Assembly (NCBI GenBank): GCA_035651875.1 | Contig: DASRET010000080.1 | Span: 13,790-77,789, forward strand | Origin: Xanthobacteraceae bacterium | GTDB taxonomy: Bacteria > Pseudomonadota > Alphaproteobacteria > Rhizobiales > Xanthobacteraceae | Direction of reading: 5' to 3' | DNA: 64,000 nucleotides | Shown: one piece after another, positions 30,401-39,347 of the stretch | Layout: each line of letters starts with the position of its first letter | How positions within the stretch are numbered: position 1 is the stretch's first letter | Made by a program: the position numbers and the translations under genes | Notes under the pieces: generated by a model | Databases searched by the model: none | Told to the model about the DNA's origin: nothing | What the model saw: only the letters and a program-made list of their open reading frames with translations

Positions 30401-31384
30401 ATGAGTTGGGGAAACAGCATGCGCATGAAGCCGCTTTATCTGCTTGTCTCGGTGTTCACATTGATCGTGGCGGCCGTGACCTCGGCCGCTGCGGCCGACT
30501 GGCCGACGCGGCCGGTGAAATTTCTCCTCACGCTCGGCGCCGGCAGCGGCTCCGATATCGGCGCGCGGCTGTTCGCCGACCGTTTGAGCAAGCGCTGGGG
30601 CCAGCCGGTGATCGTCGAGAACCGGCCGGGCGGTGACGGGCTTGTCGCCATCAACGCGTTCGTGCAGGCGCACGACGATCACGTCCTGCTGTTCGCGCCG
30701 TCGTCGTCGTTCACCGCGCATCCGTATCTGCATGACAATCTGCCCTACCGGCCGAGCGATCTCGTGCCGATCGCGCGGGTGTCGAACACCTTCATCTCGA
30801 TCTCGGTGCCGACCAGCGCCAATGTCGATACGCTGCCCGATCTCGTCGCGCGCATCCGCAAGGAGCCCGGCAAGCTCAACTGGGCCGGCGTCACCGGCGC
30901 GCTCGATTTCATGTTTGCCGGCTGGCTGAAGAGCGAAAATCTCGACCTGATCAAGGTGCCGTACCGCAACCCGGTCGACGCCGCCAAGGATCTCGGCGAA
31001 GGCCGCGTCCAGGTCTACGAGGCGGCGCTGGCGATCGTGCGGCCGCAGCTCGATTCCGGCAAGATCAAAATCCTGGCCATGACCAACACGTCGCGCTCGC
31101 CGGCGCAGCCCAACATTCCGACCGTGCAGGAAGTCGGCTTTCCGGCGCTCACGCTCGACGGCCTGGTCGGGCTGTTCGGTCCGACCGGCATGCCGCTCGA
31201 CTTGCGCAAACGTATCGCCTCGGATTTCGCGGCCGCGGCCGACGACACGATCAAGAGCCGGCTCGACACCACCGGCCAACTCATGAATATCGGCGGCCCG
31301 GAAGAGTTCGGCCAATCGATCGACGATCAGCGCGCCAAGATCGACGCCTTCGCCAAGTTGCTCGGTATCAAGCCGCTGCAGTGA
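30401..31384 (+). CDS. Bug/TctC-family substrate-binding protein
   Basis: ...AAADWPTRPVKFLLTLGAGSGSDIGARLFADRLSKRWGQPVIVENRPGGDG.... The start could instead be Met at 30419 or 30425. Confidence 0.85.
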   Translation: MSWGNSMRMKPLYLLVSVFTLIVAAVTSAAAADWPTRPVKFLLTLGAGSGSDIGARLFADRLSKRWGQPVIVENRPGGDGLVAINAFVQAHDDHVLLFAPSSSFTAHPYLHDNLPYRPSDLVPIARVSNTFISISVPTSANVDTLPDLVARIRKEPGKLNWAGVTGALDFMFAGWLKSENLDLIKVPYRNPVDAAKDLGEGRVQVYEAALAIVRPQLDSGKIKILAMTNTSRSPAQPNIPTVQEVGFPALTLDGLVGLFGPTGMPLDLRKRIASDFAAAADDTIKSRLDTTGQLMNIGGPEEFGQSIDDQRAKIDAFAKLLGIKPLQ

Positions 31385-31474
31385 GGCGCCGCGATTATGC
31401 GCGTTTCCCGGATGCGGTGCAGCATAAGCGCGTTTACGCGCGTCTTCGACGCGCTATGGCGATGCACCGCTGAT

Positions 31475-31554
31475 CCGGGATCGTTACAAACTCGGAGTTC
31501 GTAACGATCCCGGGTCTGCAGCGCACCACTTCGTGCTGCGCTGCGCCCGGGAAC
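31475..31554. repeat. REP-like composite element, copy 1
   Basis: 13-bp inverted repeat ccgggatcgttac/gtaacgatcccgg, then a 46-nt core tcccgggtctgcagcGcaccacttcgtgctgcgctgcgcccgggaa (31508-31553). Confidence 0.8.
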
Positions 31555-31564
31555 AGAATGAGAG

Positions 31565-31873
31565 CTAATGCCCGTGATGGTGCCGCGTGTGATGCGTGCG
31601 GTGCCGATAGGTGCGGTGCCCACGCGTCGCCACGCGGCGTCCGCCGAGCGCGGCGGCACGACACTCCGGGCTCCATTGCCGGCGATGCACCTTCATGCAG
31701 GCTTCGACCTTGGCGCGGTCGGGGATGAATTGCCCGCACAGCCGCATGGCGTCCGGCGTACAGGCCTGCTGAACGTCCGGGGCCTGGGCGCTAGCCACAC
31801 CGGCCGCGCCGGCCGCGCCGACAACGATAAGGACCGGCAACGCCAGCCAGAACACAAAACGCATGCTGCGCAT
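31565..31873 (-). CDS. Small secreted Cys-rich protein with a His/Arg-rich tail
   Basis: Signal peptide MRSMRFVFWLALPVLIVVGAAGAAGVASA, four Cys in ...ACTPDAMRLCGQFIPDRAKVEACMKVHRRQWSPEC..., C-terminus RGHRTYRHRTHHTRHHHGH. Confidence 0.55.
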   Translation of the reverse strand: MRSMRFVFWLALPVLIVVGAAGAAGVASAQAPDVQQACTPDAMRLCGQFIPDRAKVEACMKVHRRQWSPECRAAALGGRRVATRGHRTYRHRTHHTRHHHGH

Positions 31874-32048
31874 GAAGCTTTTCCTTCTGAGGCTTCAATG
31901 TCCCCGCGCCAAGCTAGCGGCAGTCGCTGGCGCCGTCGATGGGCTTGACAAGGTCGATTGGGGCCGCCGCTCACCGCTCACCCCGCGGCCAGTAACGGCG
32001 CTGCAGCGGGAGAAGTTCCCTAGGCGGGTTAGGCGCTGCTGCTGAAGC

Positions 32049-32462
32049 TCAGCGCTGGCCCCAGTGGAATTTGCCGGGCTCCGGCCCGTCGGCAACGCCG
32101 ATCGCGCCCGGACAGCGCTCGACAGCGACGCTGGTGACCTCGGCGGTGGCATTGTCGAATGCCATGCGCCGGCAGAACACGCCGTCCGGCATGGCATAGA
32201 CGATGGAGCCGGTGCGGTCCGTGTCCGACGCATTCGCGCCGTTGTGCAGCAGCAGCGGTGCGATCGTGATACGGCCGCCGAACATCACGGCGCCGGCGAC
32301 CAGCACGAACAACAGCGCGGCGGTGACGGCAAATGCCAGCGAATTGATGCGCTCGTCCGTGCGCCGTCGCTGCCGCGACAATGCGGTGCGCCGCGCCGCG
32401 AAATGGTCCGGTTCGACGTACCAGTCCATGGTCTCGCCGTGCTCGGTCCTGCCCGCGCTCAT
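32049..32462 (-). CDS. Single-pass membrane protein, unknown function
   Basis: 137 aa. Basic N-terminus, then TM segment SLAFAVTAALLFVLVAGAVMF, then a ~85-aa C-terminal domain with 2 Cys. Confidence 0.5.
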   Translation of the reverse strand: MSAGRTEHGETMDWYVEPDHFAARRTALSRQRRRTDERINSLAFAVTAALLFVLVAGAVMFGGRITIAPLLLHNGANASDTDRTGSIVYAMPDGVFCRRMAFDNATAEVTSVAVERCPGAIGVADGPEPGKFHWGQR

Positions 32463-32548
32463 GCCGGCAGTAAAGCCGACAAAGTTTGCCCGGCCGATAA
32501 AGAAAATGCTGCGAATTGATTCGAAATTCAGGGGTGTGGCACCGCATC

Positions 32549-32627
32549 AGGGATCGTCCGAAACGCGGCGTTTATGACGGTCCCGGGTCTGCAGCACACC
32601 ACTTCGTGCTGCGCTGCGCCCGGGAAA
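32549..32627. repeat. REP-like composite element, copy 2 (same orientation as copy 1)
   Basis: The 46-nt core at 32581-32626 has one mismatch to 31508-31553. An imperfect inverted repeat gggatcgtc/gacggtccc lies upstream. Confidence 0.8.
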
Positions 32628-32710
32628 CGCCGGTTCTTGATCACGACCCGGATTTCGTCCGCGCCAAATCCGGGCTACGCTTTGCCGGCCATCGCCAAGG
32701 AGAAAGCGCC

Positions 32711-33970
32711 GTGCTCACCGCTGCCCGCAACGACATGCTCACCCGCGTCGGCAAGGGCACGCCCATGGGCGAATTGCTGCGGCGCTATTGGCAGCCGGTC
32801 GGCGGCGCCGGCGAACTCGACGACAAGAACCCGATCAAGCCGGTGCGCATCCTCGGCGAAGATCTCGTGCTCTATCGCGATCTCTCCGGTCGCTACGGCC
32901 TGATCGACCGCCATTGCCCGCACCGCCGCGCCGACCTCGCCTACGGTTGGGTCGAGGAGAACGGCCTCCGCTGCTCGTATCACGGCTGGCTGATGGATGA
33001 GACCGGCCATTGTCTCGAGCAGCCCTACGAGGACACCACCAATCCAAAACCGTCGAAGGCCGGCTGCGAGATCGCCGGGTATCCGGTCAAGGAATGCGCC
33101 GGTCTGCTGTTCGCCTATATGGGCCCGCTGCCGGCGCCCGAACTGCCGGTCTGGGAGCCGTTCACCTGGAAGAACGGCTTTCGCGAGGTCGTGCTCGCCG
33201 ACATCCCGTGCAACTGGTTTCAGTGCCAGGAGAACTCGATCGATCCGGTGCACTTCGAATGGATGCACGACAATTGGGGCGCGCGCATGCGCGGCGCCGA
33301 CAACAACGTCGCGCCAAAGCATCTTAAACTGAAATTCGAGGAATTCGAGCACGGCTTTGTCTACAAGCGCGTGCGCGAGGGCCAGAGCGAGGAGGACCGC
33401 TACTGGACCGTCGGCCGCGTCGCGCTATGGCCGAACGGCTTTTATCTCGGCAGCCATTTCGAATGGCGCGTGCCGGTCGACGACGAGAACACGCTGTCGG
33501 TCGCCTGGTTCTTCATGCGCGTGCCGCGCGGCCGCGAGCCTTACGTGCAGGAACGCGTGCCGGTGTGGAAAAGCCCGATCCAGGACGACACCGGCCGCTG
33601 GATCACCAGCCACGTCATCAACCAGGACATCGTCGCCTGGGTCGGCCAGGGCCGTATCGCCGACCGCACCAAGGAGCACCTGCGCTCGAGCGACGTCGGC
33701 ATCACGCTGATGCGCCAGCGCTTCTACGCCGAGCTCGAAGCGATGGCCGAAGGCAAGGAGCCCGGCGGCATCATCCGCAGCGCCAACGCGGCCGCCTGCA
33801 TCGCGCTGCCCAACATGGCGCGCGAGCAAAACACCGAGGGCATCCCGCTCGCCGATTACGAAAACGATCCGATCCTGCGCCAGCGCCTGCGCGAATTCCG
33901 CCACCACTACGGCCAGCCCGCCGCGGTGCGCCGCGAGTTCGTCGAGGCGATGGGGATCGCCGGGCCATGA
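32711..33970 (+). CDS. Rieske [2Fe-2S] non-heme iron oxygenase, alpha-subunit type
   Basis: GTG 32711 follows SD AAGGAG. Rieske motif ...DRHCPHRRADL...LRCSYHGW.... Mononuclear iron motif ...NSIDPVHFEWMH.... Confidence 0.85.
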   Translation: MLTAARNDMLTRVGKGTPMGELLRRYWQPVGGAGELDDKNPIKPVRILGEDLVLYRDLSGRYGLIDRHCPHRRADLAYGWVEENGLRCSYHGWLMDETGHCLEQPYEDTTNPKPSKAGCEIAGYPVKECAGLLFAYMGPLPAPELPVWEPFTWKNGFREVVLADIPCNWFQCQENSIDPVHFEWMHDNWGARMRGADNNVAPKHLKLKFEEFEHGFVYKRVREGQSEEDRYWTVGRVALWPNGFYLGSHFEWRVPVDDENTLSVAWFFMRVPRGREPYVQERVPVWKSPIQDDTGRWITSHVINQDIVAWVGQGRIADRTKEHLRSSDVGITLMRQRFYAELEAMAEGKEPGGIIRSANAAACIALPNMAREQNTEGIPLADYENDPILRQRLREFRHHYGQPAAVRREFVEAMGIAGP

Positions 33971-34953
33971 AACTCCACCGCCGCAACGTCCTTGCGCTCG
34001 CCGCCGCCGCGGCGCTACCGGCGCTGCCGCGCACCGCCGCCGCGCAAACCTATCCGACGCGTCCCATCACCATGATCGTGCCGTTCGCGGCCGGCGGACC
34101 GACCGACGTCATCGGCCGGCTGATGGCCGAGCACATGGGCCGCACGCTCGGCCAGAACGTCGTGGTCGAGGACGTGACCGGCGCCGCCGGCACCATCGGC
34201 GTCGGCCGCGCGGCGCGCGCGCCGGCCGACGGCTACACGCTGAGCCTCGGCCACTGGAGCACGCACGTGGTCAACGGCGCCTTCTACGCGCTGCCGTACG
34301 ACCTTGAGCGCGACTTCGTGCCGATCGCGCTCCTGCCGTCGAACCCGATGATGATCGTCAGCAACAACAAGGTGCCGGTCAAAAATCTCTACGACTTCGT
34401 GCTCTGGATCAAGTTCAGCTCGCGCCACATCACCTGCGGCACCGCCGGCGTCGGCTCCAGCTCGCACATCGCCGCCGCGTATTTCGAAAAGCAAGCGGAG
34501 CTGGCGCTGCAAATGGTGCCGTATCGCGGCACCGATCCGGCCCTGCTCGATCTGTTGGCCGGCCGCATCGACATGATGTTCGACCAGGTCTCCGAAGCCA
34601 TGACGCGGCTGCGCGACGGCTCGATCCGCGCCTACGCGGTCACCGCCGCCGCGCGCTCGCCGGTGGCGCCCGACGTGCCGACCGTCGACGAGGCCGGCCT
34701 GCCCGGCCTCTACATCAACATCTGGTACGGCCTGTGGGCGCCCAAAGCCACACCGCCCGACGTAATCGCGAAGCTCAACAACGCCGCCAAAGCCGCGATG
34801 GCCGATCCCACGGTGCAAAAGCGCTTCGCCGATCTCGGCCTGCAAGTGCCGCCGCCCGAGCAGCAGACCCCAGAGGCCCTCGGCGCGCTGCAAGCAGCCG
34901 AGATCAAAAAATGGTGGCCGATCATCAAGGCCGCCGGCATCAAGGCGGAGTAG
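33967..34953 (+). CDS. Bug/TctC-family substrate-binding protein
   Basis: ATG 33967 overlaps the oxygenase stop (ATGA). Tat-like MKLHRRNVLALAAAAALPAL. ...AQTYPTRPITMIVPFAAGGPTDVIGRL.... Confidence 0.85.
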   Translation: MKLHRRNVLALAAAAALPALPRTAAAQTYPTRPITMIVPFAAGGPTDVIGRLMAEHMGRTLGQNVVVEDVTGAAGTIGVGRAARAPADGYTLSLGHWSTHVVNGAFYALPYDLERDFVPIALLPSNPMMIVSNNKVPVKNLYDFVLWIKFSSRHITCGTAGVGSSSHIAAAYFEKQAELALQMVPYRGTDPALLDLLAGRIDMMFDQVSEAMTRLRDGSIRAYAVTAAARSPVAPDVPTVDEAGLPGLYINIWYGLWAPKATPPDVIAKLNNAAKAAMADPTVQKRFADLGLQVPPPEQQTPEALGALQAAEIKKWWPIIKAAGIKAE

Positions 34954-34973
34954 TTGTGTTCGTAGTTCGTAGG

Positions 34974-35054
34974 GTGGGCTGAGCGAAGCGAAGCCCACGC
35001 TGTCTTGAGACGAAATTGCTTAGGTGGGCACGGCGCTTCGCGCCTTTGCCCACC
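34974..35054. repeat. REP-like hairpins between convergent genes
   Basis: gtgggc...gcccac (34974-34998) and ggtgggca-cggcgc-ttc-gcgcc-tt-tgcccacc (35023-35054). Probable bidirectional terminator. Confidence 0.65.
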
Positions 35055-35069
35055 CTGCGAGCCAGCTCG

Positions 35070-36050
35070 CTACTCCACCTGCAGCCCGCTTGCTCTGACC
35101 ACCTTGCCGAAGCGCTCGCTGTCGGTACGGATGAGCGCGGCCATCTCGTCGGCGCTCGTAGCAAACGGCTCGCCGGAGCCGGCGGCCTTGAGCTTTTCGG
35201 CAAATTCAGGTTGCCGCACCGCCGCGTTTGCCGCTGCCCGCAACCGCGCGATGATTGCAGGCGGCGTTGCTGCGGGTACGAACAGTCCCTGCCATATGGT
35301 CACGTCGTAGGCCGGATAGATTTCCGAAATCGACGGCAGGTCGGGAAATAGCGGCGACCGCTTGCGGCCGCTGATGGCGAGCGCGCGCAGCTTGCCGGCC
35401 TGCACCAGCGGCGTTGCCGACCCGCCGCCGAACATGACCGCCACCTCGCCGCCCATGACGCCGAGCGCCGCCGGGCCGCCGCCCCGATAGGGCACGTGCG
35501 TCATTTGAATTCCGGCCTGCTCTTTCAGCAGCTCCATCGCCAGATGGTGTTCGCTGCCGTTGCCGATCGACCCGTACAGCAGCGGCGGCTTGGCGCGGCG
35601 CGCGTAATCGATGAAGTCGCGAAAGTTTTTCGGCTCGAGCGCGGGATTTTCCGTCAGCAGCAGCTCGTCCGATGTGACGGTCGCGACCGGCGCGAGACCC
35701 TTGAAGGGATCGAACGGCATTTTGGCATAGAGGTGCGGATTGACGGTGAACAGCGACCCCGCCGACTGCAAGACCGTGTAGCCGTCGGCGGCCGCGTGCG
35801 CGACCACTTCGCCGGCAACATTGCCGTTGGAGCCCGGCCTGTTCTCCACCACGACGGCCTGCCCGAGCTGCGCCGACAGCAATTGCGCCAGCAGACGCGC
35901 GACGAAATTGGCGCCGCCGCCCGGCGGAAACGCCACGAGCAGGTGAACGGGGCGGTCCGGATACGATTGGGCCAGCGCTGCATTTGCAAACAATGCCGCG
36001 AATGCCAACGCAGCGAATGCCGAACCAGCGAAGCGAGCGAACCATTTCAT
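35070..36050 (-). CDS. Bug/TctC-family substrate-binding protein
   Basis: MKWFARFAGSAFAALAFAALFANAALAQSYPDRPVHLLVAFPPGGGANFVARL.... ATG 36050 is preferred to 36086. Confidence 0.85.
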   Translation of the reverse strand: MKWFARFAGSAFAALAFAALFANAALAQSYPDRPVHLLVAFPPGGGANFVARLLAQLLSAQLGQAVVVENRPGSNGNVAGEVVAHAAADGYTVLQSAGSLFTVNPHLYAKMPFDPFKGLAPVATVTSDELLLTENPALEPKNFRDFIDYARRAKPPLLYGSIGNGSEHHLAMELLKEQAGIQMTHVPYRGGGPAALGVMGGEVAVMFGGGSATPLVQAGKLRALAISGRKRSPLFPDLPSISEIYPAYDVTIWQGLFVPAATPPAIIARLRAAANAAVRQPEFAEKLKAAGSGEPFATSADEMAALIRTDSERFGKVVRASGLQVE

Positions 36051-36125
36051 TGTCAGAGCCCCACGTTTAAAGCAGACCTCGGCCAAGGGGGCCGAAACAG
36101 GGCGGCCGAGAAAAATCTCCGCCGT

Positions 36126-37136
36126 CTACTGCGGCTTGATATTCGCGGACTTGATCACTCTCGCCCACTTCTCGGTTTCGTCGGCAATGAACTTGCCGAA
36201 CTCTGCCGGCGTCCCGCCCATCACGTCGCCGCCCAGCTCGGCAAGCCGCGCTTTGATTTTGGGATCGGCGAGGACGGCATTGATCTCGCCGTTGAGCTTG
36301 TCGATGATCTCGGCGGACGTCTTCCTGGGCGCGCCGACGCCTTGCCAGCTGCTCGCTTCGTAGCCGGACACGGTTTCGCCTATGGCCGGAACGTCCGGCA
36401 GTGCAGGCGAGCGCGCCGCGGTGGTCACCGCCAAGGCGCGCAGCGTGCCGGCCCTGATATATCCGATCGTCGAAGGCAGCGGACTGAACACCACCTGCAC
36501 CTGTCCGGCGATCAAATCCGAAAAGTAGCTGCCGCGATACGGCACGTGCAGCATATTGACGCCGGCCATCATCTTGAACAATTCGCCGAAAACATGCGGC
36601 GCGGTCCCGTTGCCCGCCGAGGCCATGTCGATCTTGCCTGGATTGGCCTTGGCATAGGCGATGAATTCGGGAAGCGTCTGCGCCGGGACTGCCGAATTGA
36701 CCACCATGACGTAGGGATAGCGGAAAATGCCCACCACCGGCGCGATGTCGCGGATGAAATTGAAACTGAGGTTGCTGAAGAGCGTCGCATTGATCGCATT
36801 CGGCGAAGCGGCCTGAAGCAGCGTGTAGCCATCGGGGTCGGCCCGCACGACCGCCTCGGCGGCGATATTGCTGCCCGCCCCCGGCCGGTTCTCGACGATG
36901 AATTGCTGGCCGAACCGCTCCGACAGCGATTGGGCCATCAGGCGTCCGACAATGTCGGTCGCGGACCCGGCCGGAAAGCCGACGACGAAGCGAACCGGCC
37001 GCGTCGGATAATCGAGCGCCATTCCGGCCCGCGGCAAAATCGTGAGCCCGACAGACGTGGCGGCCAGATGCAGAAATTTTCGGCGGGGAAGTCTCACGGA
37101 AGCACCCTCAAGAGCTGGCATTCCAAGAGCTGGCAT
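36126..37136 (-). CDS. Bug/TctC-family substrate-binding protein
   Basis: ...LDYPTRPVRFVVGFPAGSATDIVGRLMAQSLSERFGQQFIVENRPGAGS.... Start uncertain: ATG 37136, ATG 37121 and GTG 37097 (VRLPRRKFLHL, Tat-like) are all possible. Confidence 0.8.
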   Translation of the reverse strand: MPALGMPALEGASVRLPRRKFLHLAATSVGLTILPRAGMALDYPTRPVRFVVGFPAGSATDIVGRLMAQSLSERFGQQFIVENRPGAGSNIAAEAVVRADPDGYTLLQAASPNAINATLFSNLSFNFIRDIAPVVGIFRYPYVMVVNSAVPAQTLPEFIAYAKANPGKIDMASAGNGTAPHVFGELFKMMAGVNMLHVPYRGSYFSDLIAGQVQVVFSPLPSTIGYIRAGTLRALAVTTAARSPALPDVPAIGETVSGYEASSWQGVGAPRKTSAEIIDKLNGEINAVLADPKIKARLAELGGDVMGGTPAEFGKFIADETEKWARVIKSANIKPQ

Positions 37137-37826
37137 TCCCAGTGCAAACCTCGCTCACAGGTTAGCGCAATCCCGCCGTCGCGAGTAGGGTCCCATGTTG
37201 ACGCACTGCCTCCGATATCAATGTCCGTTGCCACCGCAGCTCACAGGGCAAAGCCGACATCGAGCTGATCGTATGCCAGTGCCTGCAGTGATGCGGTAGC
37301 CTCGACATCGAGATGGCGCCGCAATCGGGGCATAGCCTCACGATGTTTGGACGGTCAGATGGATTGAAAACTTGGCCCGTGTCGTTCTTGCAATATTCTT
37401 AGCGACAGCCCTTGGGCTTTTTTCCCAATTCGCCTGGGCGCAGGACCAAAGCACTTTCCTTTATCAGGACCCAAGGATGCCGGTGACCATTTACGCTGAC
37501 TGCCTTTCGGTAAGCAACTGAAACAAGGCCGCGATCTTCTCCGGCAATGTCGCCGTGACGCAGGGAGCCGTTCGCATCCGGTGCGCGAGGGTCGTGGTGC
37601 ACTACCGTTCCGAAGGGCCGGGCCGGCATGACATGGTCGATCGCTTCGAGTGCAAGCAAGATTACCTGCACCTGGTGGATTGACGCCGATTGTTTGCAAA
37701 GAAGCCAATCTACAATCCCCTGACCGAACATTCAGGAGTTTGGGCGGATGTTCGCTTTCGATCTGGAAGAGCCATCCATTGTGGTGCGTCCTCGCCACGC
37801 TGCCATCGGACACGTTGATCGCGGTC

Positions 37827-38270
37827 TCACCGTGCCACTTCGGTGATCTTGAACGCGCCCGATTGATTGCCGTTCGCTGCGGTCTCGAGGATCATCCCGG
37901 TAAGGCCGAACATGCCGGCGGCCATGTGCTCGCCGCGCCTCGACACCTCAAACGCGTAGCTCCTGCCGGCAACCGCGTTGAACTTCAGGTCGTACTGGCC
38001 GATGTCCATGTTCGCGGTCACGGTCATGGCGACCGGGCCCGGCGGCAAACCGCCGCTGTAGCTTTGACCCGGCGCGAGCTCGGCCACGTGAGCGCCGTTT
38101 ATCGCGATCTGGGCCGCGGCGCCCCACGATGGCCCCTCATCGGTCCGCCTGATCGTAATTCGCGCTTGTCCGGGCGCGACGGCAGATACCAGCGGCGCGG
38201 CCGGTTGCGAAGCACACCCGGCACAGCAAGCGACCATGAGGAGCAGCGCTCCCCAAATCCCCAAACGCAT
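37827..38270 (-). CDS. Lipoprotein, unknown function (DUF2846-like impression)
   Basis: MRLGIWGALLLMVACCAGCAS has a lipobox-like A-G-C. 147 aa, in the lower-G+C patch. Confidence 0.6.
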   Translation of the reverse strand: MRLGIWGALLLMVACCAGCASQPAAPLVSAVAPGQARITIRRTDEGPSWGAAAQIAINGAHVAELAPGQSYSGGLPPGPVAMTVTANMDIGQYDLKFNAVAGRSYAFEVSRRGEHMAAGMFGLTGMILETAANGNQSGAFKITEVAR

Positions 38271-38312
38271 CGTTTCCCCCGATCCCCGACGACTTATGTT
38301 TCAAAACAGTTT

Positions 38313-38330
38313 GTCCGCTTGCAAGCGGAC
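38313..38330. promoter_or_regulatory. Perfect 18-bp palindrome upstream of the lipoprotein gene
   Basis: gtccgcttg|caagcggac, 43 nt upstream of ATG 38270 in an AT-rich spacer. Confidence 0.35.
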
Positions 38331-38632
38331 TTATCTAATAGCTTGATAGAATTTTTGTGGGAAGAGGACGTAACTCATCGTGGCCTAATTCTTTGCTGCA
38401 GCCTGACCCGCAATTATCAGGACGATTTATGGGATATAAATTTTGGCATGGTTGGGATCGATCTTGCGCCGGGCGCAGATTGCTAATTACAATGGAGTTG
38501 GGTGTCCGGTGCGTTCCAGAACAAGCCTCATCCAGGAAGCCGCTTCGGTTAATCTAAAAATCAAACATTCCGTTGACTGACGCGGCTTCGCATGTTCGCG
38601 CCGGACCCGACATCGACAGGGGGGCGGAAAAT

Positions 38633-39052
38633 ATGACCTTACGCACAAGGTCGGGGTTCGCGGCGATGGCCGTCTTGGCCGTGATCGTATCGGGCGTTAA
38701 AACCGCACACGCGGTCGTCCAGATTTGCGACGTCATGCCGGAGCGGTGTTACTACAAACCCGATGGCGGGTGGTATTACACGCCTCCTCCTCATCCCGTG
38801 CCGGATTTCACGCGGACGCCCCGGAACAGGGCAGTCCAACCTTCCAGCAGAGGCGTCTGGGGTTGCGGTGCGACGGACGGAAAAGCGCGGGGCCGGTCGT
38901 GGAGCTATCCGAACCGAGCCGCTGCCATGTACAGCGCGCTGTCGGCATGCAGCAGGTACAGTCCGCAGGCGAAGTGCCGCATTGTCAGTTGCCGTCCCTC
39001 GGTCCACTCATCGTACGAGGCCGAGGCGATCTGGGGGAGGGCGCATCCATAA
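38633..39052 (+). CDS. Secreted DUF4189-like protein
   Basis: Signal MTLRTRSGFAAMAVLAVIVSGVKTAHA. ...VWGCGATDGKARGRSWSYPNRAAAMYSALSACSRYSPQAKCRIVSC... resembles the DUF4189 pattern. Confidence 0.5.
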   Translation: MTLRTRSGFAAMAVLAVIVSGVKTAHAVVQICDVMPERCYYKPDGGWYYTPPPHPVPDFTRTPRNRAVQPSSRGVWGCGATDGKARGRSWSYPNRAAAMYSALSACSRYSPQAKCRIVSCRPSVHSSYEAEAIWGRAHP

Positions 39053-39095
39053 CGGACTTGATCGGGCGAGCAATTCGGCGCGCGTGCAATGAAAG

Positions 39096-39341
39096 TCAGC
39101 GGCGTTCAACTCGCTTGCGTCCTGGCCGTTTCAGGAACCATCTCGTCACACAGTATGGAATGGTAAAACCGAGCAGGACGACGAGAGTCCCCACGCTTTT
39201 CCATTCCTCAGGATCAAACCACCGAGCCTGGAATGCATAACGGGTGAGCGGCCAGGTAACTGCCAAACCGACTAGACCCGCAATTCGGGCTCCGCGCGGC
39301 TCCAGCACATCGTACCACTGTGGGGCTTTCATGCTCGGCAT
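39096..39341 (-). CDS. Small two-TM membrane protein (hypothetical)
   Basis: 81 aa from MPSMKAPQW.... Hydrophobic segments IAGLVGLAVTWPL and VGTLVVLLGFTIPYCVTRWFL, with a basic tail. The rest of the 314-aa track ORF is Arg-rich antisense. Confidence 0.35.
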   Translation of the reverse strand: MPSMKAPQWYDVLEPRGARIAGLVGLAVTWPLTRYAFQARWFDPEEWKSVGTLVVLLGFTIPYCVTRWFLKRPGRKRVERR

Positions 39342-39347
39342 ATAGGC

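Noticed and set aside
37107-37136. 15-bp tandem duplication (ctcaagagctggcat / tccaagagctggcat) giving MPALG-MPALE at the annotated start of a Bug gene
   Set aside because: It is real in the sequence but probably lies upstream of the true start (GTG 37097 gives a Tat-like VRLPRRKFLHL). Its significance beyond start-codon ambiguity is doubtful.
37355-37813. Two overlapping - strand ORFs (152 aa and 110 aa, the latter 37399-37731) at the left edge of the lower-G+C patch
   Set aside because: I recognise no domain in either frame. They overlap each other in different frames, and the 152-aa one is Arg/Pro-rich. They may be remnants of a decayed gene, but I cannot support a call. blastx would decide.
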